A DNA stretch of 64,000 nt, from the NCBI GenBank assembly GCA_000091205.1, contig AP006495.2; one strand, 5' to 3'. Source of the DNA: Cyanidioschyzon merolae. Lineage: Eukaryota. The notes below the pieces were generated by a model that did not search any database, was not told the origin of the DNA, and saw nothing but the letters and a program-made list of their open reading frames with translations. The position numbers and the translations under genes are program-made. Every line of letters starts with the position of its first letter. Within the stretch, counting starts at the first letter, position 1. Shown here in pieces: positions 44,080 to 54,708 of the stretch.

Positions 44080-45558
44080 GTGTCCGTAACATCTGCGCTG
44101 CGCTGCGTTACACGACATATCCGCCACACCGTTCCCACATCGTCGTCGCCGTCGACGTCGTCGTCGTCCTCGTACGTTCGCGTGTGTTTATCCCACCTGG
44201 TTCGTGAACGAGCAATGTGGGCGTTTCTTGCGAGTCTTCCATTGCGCAGTCGCAGTGACTTTGTGTCCCGCTCGGTGCGGTTGGGGACGCCTCGTTCACT
44301 CCTCTCTGCTCGGACGACGCGACCCCTGAGCGCAAGCCCCGCAGCGTCGCTGGTAGCAGCAGAGGAGCGCGCAGCGGCTCCTGGCAACGATGCAATTAAG
44401 GTCATAACAGATGCCAGTACTTCTTCGGACACGAAGACCCGCGCGCCGAGTCGCTTCGAGCGAATGAGAGCCAAGTACGGTCTCAGTGACGTTTCTGAGC
44501 CCGAGGCAGCCCCGGCCTACAAGGAGCTCGACCAGGCTGTGCAAAATCTGAGCTACAAATATGAGCTGAACATGATAGTGAAAGGACGAGTGGTGCACTT
44601 TGAGCCGCGCGGCGCCCTGATCGACGTCGGCGCTAAAACTGCGGCGTATCTGCCGCTGAGCGAAGTGGCCATGGACCGAGTCAGCTCTCCCGAGGAGGTG
44701 CTGAAGATTGGCGAGGAGCGCGACTTTCAGATAATCGCCACGGAGGACACCGAGGGTCAGTTGCGAGTATCCATCAAACGGATTGAGTTTACGCGCACCT
44801 GGGAGAAGCTGCAGCAGGCGCTCGCCAACGACGAAGTTGTCCAGTGCGAGGTTGTTGCGGTGAACCGCGGCGGTGCCAGCGTCCGTATCGACTGTCTGCG
44901 CGGCTTTCTGCCGGCATCGCATATCGTGCTGGTACCAGGGTTCATTCCGGGCCTGCCGTCAGACCCGCGTTTGGAGGATCTCATGGGTAAGGAGCTGCCC
45001 GTTAAGCTGTTGGAAGTGGATCCCGAGAAGAGCCGTTTGGTCGTCTCACACCGGAGGGCGCTCGCTGAGAAAAGCCTCAAGAATGTCGAAACCGGGACCA
45101 TACTCGAGGGCACCGTACGCGGAATCAAGCCCTATGGTGTCTTTATCGAGTCGGGCGGTGTGTCGGGCTTGTTGCATATTAGCCAAATCTCCCACGAGCA
45201 CGTCGAAGATCTGACTAGTGTGTTTACGCTCGGCGACAAAGTGAAAGCGCTTGTAGTCTCGCAAGATCGCGAGAAAGGGCGTGTTTCGCTATCGACAAAA
45301 GTTCTGGAGCCAGAGCCTGGCGATATGCTGCGCTCGCCCCAAACAGTCTTCGAGCGTGCAGAGGAGATGGCGGCACGGTATCGCGAGCGGATCGCCGAGG
45401 AAGAACGCGCCCGAGCGGAGTATGCAAGCGATATTGTCGCAGGACTAGACGTTGCTTCTTTGGGCGTTGATGCGGAGGTGAATGGCGACGCAGGAGCGGG
45501 AGCGCAACGAGAGCATCCACGTCCAGATCAGGAAGAATCCTCTCCGGCATCTTCCTAA
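44080..45558 (+). CDS. PRPS1: Plastid-type ribosomal protein S1 (three S1 domains) with a Ser/Arg-rich, transit-peptide-like N-terminal extension
   Basis: The ~130-aa N-terminus is hydroxylated and basic ('SSSPSTSSSSS...RSRSDFVSRSVRLGTPRSLLSARTTRPLSASPAASL'). Three S1 folds follow (e.g. 'GTILEGTVRGIKPYGVFIESGGVSGLLHISQISHEHVED...GDKVKALVVSQDREKGRVSLS'). Confidence 0.75.
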   Translation: MSVTSALRCVTRHIRHTVPTSSSPSTSSSSSYVRVCLSHLVRERAMWAFLASLPLRSRSDFVSRSVRLGTPRSLLSARTTRPLSASPAASLVAAEERAAAPGNDAIKVITDASTSSDTKTRAPSRFERMRAKYGLSDVSEPEAAPAYKELDQAVQNLSYKYELNMIVKGRVVHFEPRGALIDVGAKTAAYLPLSEVAMDRVSSPEEVLKIGEERDFQIIATEDTEGQLRVSIKRIEFTRTWEKLQQALANDEVVQCEVVAVNRGGASVRIDCLRGFLPASHIVLVPGFIPGLPSDPRLEDLMGKELPVKLLEVDPEKSRLVVSHRRALAEKSLKNVETGTILEGTVRGIKPYGVFIESGGVSGLLHISQISHEHVEDLTSVFTLGDKVKALVVSQDREKGRVSLSTKVLEPEPGDMLRSPQTVFERAEEMAARYRERIAEEERARAEYASDIVAGLDVASLGVDAEVNGDAGAGAQREHPRPDQEESSPASS

Positions 45559-45635
45559 TAGCCGATAATGACTTGCGCAGAGCGCCGACGCCCGGGTATG
45601 GACGGATGCAGCCCCATGGCGGCGTCAGCGAGGCG

Positions 45636-46355
45636 CTAGCTAAGTTTCGCAGGCCCGAAATCAAAACGACAGGCCTGCCGTTTGGTGGCATATGCTAGCC
45701 CTGGTTCTAACGTAAACTGTGACAAGTCGACGAAGTTGGCGCGATCCATGGCACAAAATAAGGATAACAGTTTGGGCACGCCCTCGAGGCGAAAGATTTC
45801 CTCGTAAAGACAGCGATGGATGAGGAGCACGTCGTGCGCTTCGGGATGCCGCGTCGGGGCCCAGCGCGCCTCAAACAATGGACCTAGGTCGGCAACGAAA
45901 CGCTCAGCAAGCATCAGACGAGCACGGCGCGGGTCTCGTGCGAGAAACAAGCGGAAGCGCACCATCAAGCGCTGCAGCAGTGATACGCTTTGCGGTGTGC
46001 TGTCACCCTGGACGCCGAACCCCTGTCGAACGACTCGGAGGGTGCGCTCTTCGTCGTTACTGAGCAGAGGGTAGAGCGTGCGATAGGCACCCAGCGCCCA
46101 TGAGGCCAAACGCACGTGCGTCTGGGAGCGTTCATCGAGCGTGGTCGTCTCGGGTACGGAAGCGGACGGTGTTCCAGCGGACGGTGCTAAGCGGCTACGT
46201 TCCAGACGCTCCAGGTGGTGCGTGTAGCGATCTTGTGCAGTTGAGGTTATCTGCTTTGCTATGTCAGCGAGCTCGGTTGCAGATGCGGAACGTAGCTCTG
46301 GTTGTTGCACGAGCGGTAGAGCTCGCAAAAATACGAAACGAAATAGCGTGTTCAT
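45636..46355 (-). CDS. Hypothetical protein, 239 aa, family not recognised
   Basis: Uninterrupted minus-strand ORF in a gene-dense GC-rich stretch. No diagnostic motif. Confidence 0.3.
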   Translation of the reverse strand: MNTLFRFVFLRALPLVQQPELRSASATELADIAKQITSTAQDRYTHHLERLERSRLAPSAGTPSASVPETTTLDERSQTHVRLASWALGAYRTLYPLLSNDEERTLRVVRQGFGVQGDSTPQSVSLLQRLMVRFRLFLARDPRRARLMLAERFVADLGPLFEARWAPTRHPEAHDVLLIHRCLYEEIFRLEGVPKLLSLFCAMDRANFVDLSQFTLEPGLAYATKRQACRFDFGPAKLS

Positions 46356-46980
46356 TGAAGAAAACGAGCAAGAAAAAGTGCCAGGGACGGGAGCGCTAGG
46401 GGCGTCACCGGTGCGGCGACGGCAGCCGGAGCAGCGTCCGCGTAAAAACGTACGCTGCCTGGCGTCACGAAGAGGCTGCTAGAGCAGCGAGATGGCAGTA
46501 CTGCGAAATGCGACCTGGCTCGTTGTTAGGGTAGCACGAACGCTATGCAGGCAGATGACTATCGCCAAACGGACGTCCTGATCAGGCTCGTCTACCGGGC
46601 TGCGACTCGCAAGCAACGGGAACCCAGAAACGCGCTGGTAGAACTGGCCTCGCCTCGTCACGAACGCGTAAAACAGCACGAACGAATACGAGTGAAAGCC
46701 CACATGTCGTCTGGAAGATCAACAGGGCTTACACTTTGTCAGGAGCCGATAATCGTGGCATAGCTGGGATCCCCCGGTTCCTGTGAAAGATCCTAGACTC
46801 CGAGAGACGCACGGCTTTGCAGAGAATGTGCGTAGTGAGACGTGAGACGCGGTTCCGGCGTGCGAGTAGCGGCGTTTGTCGACCTCAAACGCCTTATCCG
46901 GGATGAGCGTGCGTATGCGCAGAAACATGTCTGTGAATCAAACAGTGTCCCATGTCCGTATGGAGTAAATGCATACCCAC

Positions 46981-48097
46981 TCATAGAAGCCTCCCGGTCT
47001 TTTTTGACCGGCCGCATACGATCTGTTTCAGTTTATCCGGGCGCTGTCCGAGCGCGAGAGACTGCCCCACGAAGGCAGAACGCCGCATCTCCTCGGGCCA
47101 CGTCTTCAACGTCGCACATTGTCTGATACTGATGGCGGCATTGAAGCCTCGGTTCACGAACTCCATGCGTTCATTGCCTCGGATGAGACGCAACCACGCA
47201 AGAATTGCGAGAACTCGAGCTCTCTATGCCATTTGGTGCTGTGCCAGCTTTCCGTGCTTTGCTATCGCCGAGGCGCTCTGCTGGCCTTTCTCAATCTCGA
47301 TCTTCTGAAGTGTGTGCATCCCAGTTCATCCCCTGGATTTTGAAAATGGCCGCAGTGCTTTATGCACTCGGAAGAGGACACTCCGTGAGAAGGAAGGACT
47401 TGCACAAGAAAGACGTTATGTGCCCCTTTTTCACCATTAGCTGCAAGCTGCAGCGATTCTTCCGATGCAGCGATCATTATGTTCCACGATAGAACACACC
47501 TCTTCGATGGGACTCAACTACGGAGCGTACGAAGGAATGAAAAGCAGCCCTTCACTGGTAGAATCCGCAAAAGCACAAACGCGAACGGTAATGGTGAAAT
47601 GCCACGTTGTACAGTGGAAGGACGTCGAGAAACGTCAGGGGAAAAGTCTTCATTTATTCGACAAAGTGATTGGTGCAGTTGTGTGAGCATTTTCTACGAA
47701 AAATCTGAAAACGCCAAACGATTCCACAGCAGTCAGAACAGATGATGATGCGGTCATTCTCTTCGAGATCGATCGTACATACAACGGGCCCCCTGCGCCG
47801 CGAATACCCATAAACTCTCCGACTTTTTCATCCGAACCAGATCTCATCTACCGAAAAAAAAACAAATTGGTGTCAATCTGTTTTATACCGATCGCAACGT
47901 TCCAGGAATTCTCTTGATGCGATTTCGTTGGAAGAGAGCCGTGCCTGAACGAGGACTGTTTTTTTGCGGCTGTATCCAAGTGTTTTCAGGACCACACGAA
48001 CAAGCTGATGAGAAACGGAGACGCCCGAGGTTGATACGATCGCCGCTTTTGCTTTCCGTACGGCGACCAACATGCCCTTCTCTACCATTGACCGCAA
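46981..48097 (-). mobile_element. Degenerate Tc1/mariner-superfamily transposase relic (frameshifted pieces)
   Basis: Minus-strand ORF 47873..48097 reads 'GVSVSHQLVRVVLKTLGYSRKKTVLVQARLSSNEIASREF', matching the Tc1 HTH/linker ('KLSVSTRTVRRRLNEAGLHARSPVKKPFISKKNRMARVAWAK'). The next ORF 47650..47847 reads 'RSGSDEKVGEFMGIRGAGGPLYVRSI', matching Tc1 'WSDESKFNLFGSDG..WVRR'. The catalytic DDE core downstream is only weakly recognisable ('HFQNPGDELG', 'KTWPEEM'). The local sequence is AT-richer than its flanks. Confidence 0.45.
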
Positions 48098-48747
48098 GCG
48101 TGCTTTGAAAACACCATGTTTGGCGCGGAGCGCGTATACTTGTACATTTCAGTGTTCCGCAACCGTCCGCGTCCTGTTTTATGACTGACCGGAAGGAGGA
48201 ATACAGTTCTCCTTACACTCTTCAGTAAAGAATATGTATCCTACATACAATTCGTCTACGATCTATTCGATAGATTGCATCGTGATGTCGATTGCCTGCT
48301 ATACACCGCATCAAGGGCGAAACAACATGAAATTGAATGGCGACAGTTACCGAGCCGCTCGCTCGGATTCGTATTCCTCTTCCAGCGGCATTGGCTGAAC
48401 GCCGCTTTACCACGAGGGGTGTCCCATAAAGCGAGTGCTTGTTCAGTGCGCGCCCACAGTGAACACGAAACCTTCTCTGACTGTTTCGTGTTGCCAGTGC
48501 TCGTGGTGCGCCTCGCGTCTACCACGAAAGCGTCCCTCTTCTCAAACGCGTTGCCTCGTGCTGCGCACCGTGCACTCCGCGACGCTGCACCAGCACCGTA
48601 TCGAGCAGCTTTTCTCACACTCAAGCGAGTCTTCTCGTACGGAAAAACGCTCTCGTTTCCATCGGAAAAGAGCTGTAGGTAGCGGGTGCCGCTCGAGTTT
48701 CTGCGGCCAGTCGGCCGGCTGTCGCTCGCGTTTGGTAAACCCTATCC

Positions 48748-49659
48748 ATGGGTAAACGCGTCGCTGACGCCGTTCATGGCTCATTTACCCCGTTCAATCT
48801 TCTGTGCCTTTGCATTCTGGCTTTCGCGGGTTGCTTCACGCCTGCTATTGCGGTAACGACGTTTCCCGGAGCCGGCCAAGTCGTTCAGGCTGGCGAGAGG
48901 CGGCTCGCTCAGCTCGCGCTGAAGGCAACCGACTCGATGCACCCGTGCTGGACGCGCCTCTATGAGCAGTTTGCATACGATACGGAGACGGAGATCGGAT
49001 GCCGTGGTGGTGTCGAACGCCCAGCTATGCTGATGCTAACCTGCCACCTTTCGAGCTCAGGGCGCCTGTCGAACGCGTCGCAACCGCTCCAGCAACTCTA
49101 TACAGATTTCATCAAGTTGACGCGCTACCTCAACACGACGCAATCATCACTGCAGGCAACAAATGAAGCGAACCGCGTCAGTCGCGCTTCCCCGCTATCA
49201 TCGGAGCGCTTCGAGTTTGACGTGTCGGGTATTGCGGCAGAGCTGAGCCCTCATGAGTTCCAGCTGTACTCGCTGTTCTTCGCCCACTGCGCCTCGATCT
49301 GTTACTTCCTGCTGGCATATAGACATACCGCTCAGGTGAAAGAGGCCGTTCAACAGATGCAGGCGGACGCAACGGCTGCAATGCATGCCATGCAGGTGGC
49401 TCTCGAGAGGCAGCCGCCCGGTCACCCGGTACGCGAAGTTTTTCTCGGCTCGCCGCTTCTTTTCGTGGTGACGATCGGATGGTTACTGCACATTCGTTTC
49501 GGTCGCTGGATGCTATTAGTTCTCATTGCTATTTATGCTGCAGGTGGATGGGTCGCGATTGCCGGTATGCCGGTACCGCTCGTGTTCATCCGATTGCTGT
49601 TTTGGCTGCGCCGTCGCTTCGACGAGCCGCTCGCGTTAGCACATTACGCTGGAAGTTGA
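48748..49659 (+). CDS. Hypothetical secreted/membrane protein with a signal peptide and C-terminal transmembrane helices
   Basis: 303-aa ORF. Hydrophobic N-terminus 'FNLLCLCILAFAGCFTPAIA'. Hydrophobic C-terminal helices. Confidence 0.35.
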   Translation: MGKRVADAVHGSFTPFNLLCLCILAFAGCFTPAIAVTTFPGAGQVVQAGERRLAQLALKATDSMHPCWTRLYEQFAYDTETEIGCRGGVERPAMLMLTCHLSSSGRLSNASQPLQQLYTDFIKLTRYLNTTQSSLQATNEANRVSRASPLSSERFEFDVSGIAAELSPHEFQLYSLFFAHCASICYFLLAYRHTAQVKEAVQQMQADATAAMHAMQVALERQPPGHPVREVFLGSPLLFVVTIGWLLHIRFGRWMLLVLIAIYAAGGWVAIAGMPVPLVFIRLLFWLRRRFDEPLALAHYAGS

Positions 49660-50516
49660 AGCTTCTTGGGACGTATGGCAAAACGCGACGCGCTCTCGAT
49701 ATGTGTCGCTGGGGCAGCGACCTGCGTCCGTAATGATGCCCTCAAGCAGACGACGACGGCGATGACGTTAGCAGCGGCGACGCGAGCGTTCCTCTAGCAC
49801 TCGCCCACGACGGGAGGTGCTTCGGGCGTTCTTCTTCAGAGAGGTAGATCTGGCTCCGAGAAGAGAGCCTCGCCTCCTCTGTCTGTAAAGAACTCGGCTC
49901 CGTCCCAGTCCTGAATGCGTCACAGCGCTTCGCCGCTACTGATTCGGAGCACTGCATCCAACGCTCGCTTGGTCAGCTTTGGTAGCCTCTTGCATGTGTG
50001 GTGCGCAACGCTCACCTGTGCGCTCTGCGTTCTCGGCGGCTCGCGCATTGGATGCATGAGCCGGGATAACGCCCGACTACGGGAGGCACTACGTACCGCA
50101 CAGACGACTCGAGTCATCAATCGATCCGTCGGATCAAAGGATGTGCAGGAACCGAGGCGCAAACATGTTCATTTGTGAGACTGCATCCACAAGAAATCGC
50201 CCATATCCAGCCACAATGTTCCCGATCATCAGGCGACGCCAGCGACGCTACCGCCGTCAACAGCGAAGAGCGATCCACCAGAACACAGGATATTCAAACA
50301 CCCGTCAGGGCACGGTGCTTCAGGCGGGCGTCGACTCCCCGCTCCCGTCAGCGGCATCGCGTCTGCGTTGTGCCAGCCAGTCAGCCAGTCAGTCGGAACG
50401 CAGCACTGGAATCAACAGGCCTGCGCCTCGTGGTGACCAGCGATTGCACATCCTGCAGATCAGGCCAAAAAAGACATCTGGATTATGAAATAAAGAGCGC
50501 GGTACATGGCAGCGCT

Positions 50517-51908
50517 TCAGGATTCCGACACCATCATTGGTGCTTGCGCGTTATCCATTTCCGCGTCGCTGCTCGGGGTGGTAACCGATTCACCTCGGGA
50601 TCTGTTTGCATCGGCCTGCTCGGAAGATTCGGTACCGGATTCTTGTGCAGGATGCGCGAACGTACAACCGGGTCGCGTGCACGACCAACCGTAGCGGCAC
50701 AAGGGAGCGTGGCTGAAGGCGCACGTTCCCAGGGCTATCTTACGACAATCTTTTCCGTAGCGGCAGGCAAGCAGCGGGTGCGCATACGGACAGGAACGAT
50801 CCTTCCGGCGTCGTTCACAGGCGAATCCATACTTGCACGGAATGGGGATGCCGTGATGCAGTGGCATGCCCATCGCTTTCCGCATGAGTGCCAGAGTCGC
50901 CGAGCTGCCAGAGCGACTTGTCGGATGAATAAAGCGACAGCGGTCTCCCGATCGACAGTTTGGATAGAAACGACACAACTCGGTAGGATGGTGGAACTTG
51001 CAGGCGCTCGCATTCCGACAATTTGGCCAAAACTGACACCTCGGAGGCAAGTCGCTTGCCGTTGACGCGCTACCGGGGTCCGAGTCGCACGCGTTGCTGT
51101 CCTGCGGACCCGTGGTCTGCTTCTCGGCTGGTGTGGATTGTGTAGGCGCCTCGTCTCGCGTCTGGACTGGCTCGTCCATAAGCTCACCCCGCTGCTGCGA
51201 TGCGTTCTCGTTCTCCATGCGCCGCTTTTTCCAGGTTTCGCCCGTGTGACTTACCTGCCGTTGTGATGTTCGCGCTTCACGTGAGGTCCTCTGCTGCTGT
51301 CGTTTTCCAGTGGCGCTTGTTGATCTTTTGTCCAGTTGTGGTTCCCTATTATGCACCGACTCTGAGTCAGAAGCTGGTCTAGCTGCTAGGTTTTCCGCGC
51401 CGTTCAACGCTGCCGGCGACTGCTCGACTGGTAGCGCTTGACGTCCCTCGGAAGTCGCCGTTGTCTGAGCCTCCTGGTTCAACGCGCAGGCGTCGCGTTT
51501 TCCATCTACATCTCCCTTAGAGGCGTTGGCGTTCTGGGTTTCGTGCACATCATGATCATTCTCAAGTGACTTCCCGGGACGACTGCGCTTTTGCTCGCGC
51601 TGCGAGGCGGCGTCTGTCGACAGTTGCCTCAGTTCTCCCGAGACCAACTGGATAATTTCATCACCTAGGCCTGCTCGCTCACCCGCAAGAAGAGAGTTAA
51701 GCTCTCCGGCCATAAATTCTGCGCTGCGTCGGTTCTCAACCATGGTCAAGATGTACTCGGGAAGCATTTCCTCCACGGGGTGCGGCCCCGCTCCGAAGAG
51801 TGCACGCAGACGCTCCTGAAGTTTGCCGAGCAACGCAGTCCGTTCTTCATGGTTGAGTTTTCGCTCTAACAGAACCCCGCCTTGCGCACCCTGTGCTGCA
51901 GTGTTCAT
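50517..51908 (-). CDS. ZC3H14: Nab2/ZC3H14-type nuclear poly(A) RNA-binding protein with five tandem CX5CX4-6CX3H zinc fingers
   Basis: N-terminal Nab2-like helical domain ('LPEYILTMVENRRSAEFMAGELNSLL'). C-terminal fingers 'CQFWPNCRNASACKFHH', 'CRFYPNCRSGDRCRFIH', 'CKYGFACERRRKDRSCPYAH', 'CRYGKDCRKIALGTCAFSH' and 'CRYGWSCTRPGCTFAH'. Confidence 0.8.
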   Translation of the reverse strand: MNTAAQGAQGGVLLERKLNHEERTALLGKLQERLRALFGAGPHPVEEMLPEYILTMVENRRSAEFMAGELNSLLAGERAGLGDEIIQLVSGELRQLSTDAASQREQKRSRPGKSLENDHDVHETQNANASKGDVDGKRDACALNQEAQTTATSEGRQALPVEQSPAALNGAENLAARPASDSESVHNREPQLDKRSTSATGKRQQQRTSREARTSQRQVSHTGETWKKRRMENENASQQRGELMDEPVQTRDEAPTQSTPAEKQTTGPQDSNACDSDPGSASTASDLPPRCQFWPNCRNASACKFHHPTELCRFYPNCRSGDRCRFIHPTSRSGSSATLALMRKAMGMPLHHGIPIPCKYGFACERRRKDRSCPYAHPLLACRYGKDCRKIALGTCAFSHAPLCRYGWSCTRPGCTFAHPAQESGTESSEQADANRSRGESVTTPSSDAEMDNAQAPMMVSES

Positions 51909-54586
51909 AATACAAACGAAAACTTAGCCGTGAGGTCTGAAACCCCGCCAAAGCGTGTCTCGAGAAGCCTTGTGGATAAAAACGCACGTGGCAGAGTCGG
52001 CTTCGACGCACACCGTTATGCTCATTTGTATAGACTTGTACAGTTCTCGGTTTGAGCGCTGTGTGGCGTACGCGTTTCAACTCCTGCCTCAGCAACCTGA
52101 AAATCGTTCGTCTTTTTGGCACGACTCGCGAGTCAAAGGTCTCTATCGCAGACGCTGCGGTGCCTGGGAAGCGTCAAGATATAGAGGCGCCTTTGCGGCA
52201 CGGTTGGGTTCAGCTCCAGGGTTCAGGGACGTGTACGGTATGCGAGTCCGCTGGCGCTCGTCGAAGAGTGCCGCTGCTGTGCGTGTCTGGTAAGGGCGCC
52301 GTCGACGTTTGGCACCAGCGTTGGGAGTGCAGCCAGCCCTTGTGGACTCGAAGAGCTATTCACAAACATCAAACGGTCTTTCAGTGAAGGTGGCAAGCTG
52401 CGAACTAAAATCGAGCAAGCTATGCTTGACACTAGGACGTGGAGGGCGCTATCCTGGTTTAGAGGCCGCTGCGATGCGCGCCTCGTTCTCGAGTTTCACG
52501 TGGTTGCTGCCGGGCCAGCTTGGGGAGAGCAAATACATTGGGAGCGCATTGGCATAGCGACGGCTTCGGGATAGGGATCAGGCAGGAGCAGACGAATACG
52601 CCCGTGTGGAACGTCGGACAGGTGTCGGCAAACGCATCGTGTCGCCCAAAACGCTCAGCAAGTCACCAATATTCTGTGTATTTGCATCGGTTGCTGGAAG
52701 ACGGCTCATATGTTGTGAAATGCTATATATCGTTCATGAGCATATACAGCGCGTAATGTGTGCTGACGAACGTCTAGAGATCAGTGGGCAACATCCTTGC
52801 AGGTCTGCCGGCCTGATATGGTTAACGTCATTCATTGACGAGAGCGCGCTTTCCTTGAGGGTACCAGGGTGCTTATTGAACGCAGTATGGTGCAAGCTGG
52901 CCAGGGAAATGGAGAATTTTCGCATGTGCCCCGCATTCCCCGCGTCGCCTTTTAGGAGCTCTGTGGATAATCAGCATGGCACGCAGCTGATGAGGTGCTC
53001 CTGCTGCCCTAGTCTCCGTTTATGCCTGAAACAGATGATTGCCATTCAAGTGAATGCAGGATGTGCCAGTAACTCGCATGGAGACGGTTTCGTGCCGTAA
53101 CGCACAGTGGCCCACTGACCACATGCGCGATGAGACTTCTACGCACTCGCACAGTTCGGTAATAGACGCCTGCTGATAAAGGTATCCGCACGCACCTGAT
53201 ATGCTTTGAGAGAGTCCACTGCACAACCAAGTTGTAGCAGAGTAGCACGACCGCTTTGCTCGTTGCTTGGCAACCAGCGGGGTGACAGCCGTGCACGCGC
53301 CACGGCATCCGGCGCGGCTCGTTCCCAAGTGGACGGCATTAGAAGAAGAAGCTCTCCGTTGCTGCATGTAGAGAGTGCCCAATGCATCGAGGCGCTTGAT
53401 CCGACGTGAATTAGAGACGCTTTCGGAGTCAGAGATCGTCCGCAAGACGCCGTGTCCAAGGTCTGCGTAGGAGCTGGCGCACTTGCTGATGGCCGTCTTG
53501 CACCATTCGAGGATACACGAGCGCACTACGGGATATCGTTGCGCAGCGTCTGAAACTCCCTTGTCGTAAACGTTGTCCAAGAGGTCGATCATAATGTCTG
53601 ACGATGTTGGCACCGACAACGAGTCGCAGGATCTAGTGTACGCACGGAACAAGGTGCGCAGCGCCCACACTGCTCATTCAGGACGCTTCGAACGGACTTG
53701 CGCAAGAAAGTCGCTACCGAGGCATCGTTCTGACCCAAATGCGCCTGCTTCGCCGTTTCTGGTCCGCGCTGCTGTGTGCACAATGAGGCAAACGGGCAGG
53801 ATACGGAAGAGCCTTTCATCGTCATGTAGGACATCATGGCGCTGGCCTTGTGGGATCCTCGACACGGACTTGAGGCCGTCCGAGCATGTGCTGGGGCAGT
53901 CCTTCAGCCAACACGTATGTCCGCAGGCGCATGCTCCCCTGCAAGGCATCCTTTAGGGTTTTTGTAAAGGTCTAGGATGTCGCTGGGCCGTCGCTCGCCC
54001 CCGCACCGCTTTGGACGAAGACTCACCAGACCAGACCCGCCTCATTCAGTCACCACCACCAGTACATGGACCGACAGCATTCGTGGCAGAAGGCGCTGGA
54101 ATTCCGTAGCTGCTCGAAAACCGGGGAAGCGTACAAGCATCGCACGCTACGCAAACGTTCGTCTGTGCTGTACGTTGCACCTGGATGCAACTAGAGCAAG
54201 TTACACCACAGAGCACACTGTGCAATGCCCCGGATTCGACTCGAGCCGCAACCGGCAGGCTCAAATTGACAAACCGCCTCTATGCATCAACTGGAGCGTC
54301 CGGAAAAGAGCTGCCTGCTTTTCGCCGGTAATCGACTGTGTCCGTTCATCAAGCGCATGTAGATCAACATGTCATCGATCGCACATGATCTGCGGGCGCG
54401 CGCGCCCGTGCTGACGCATCGCCTGATGAACTACAGGATGGCACTTTTGGGGAATTCCCTGATTTCACGGAGGGAATTCCCTAATCGTAGCGGCATCATC
54501 GGAGCCACTCGATCCCGGCCTGTCGTCATGTGCACGAATCGTTCAACTGAATCTTTGCTTGAAGCGATACGATGGAAGCATCGTAG

Positions 54587-54676
54587 ATGCGGTGTTGTGA
54601 GCTGGGACCGAATACCGGGGCTGATCAACCAGAGCGCACCGAGCCTCCGTCCGAGACCAGCGAAAGTGATGAGGTC

Positions 54677-54708
<32 letters not shown>

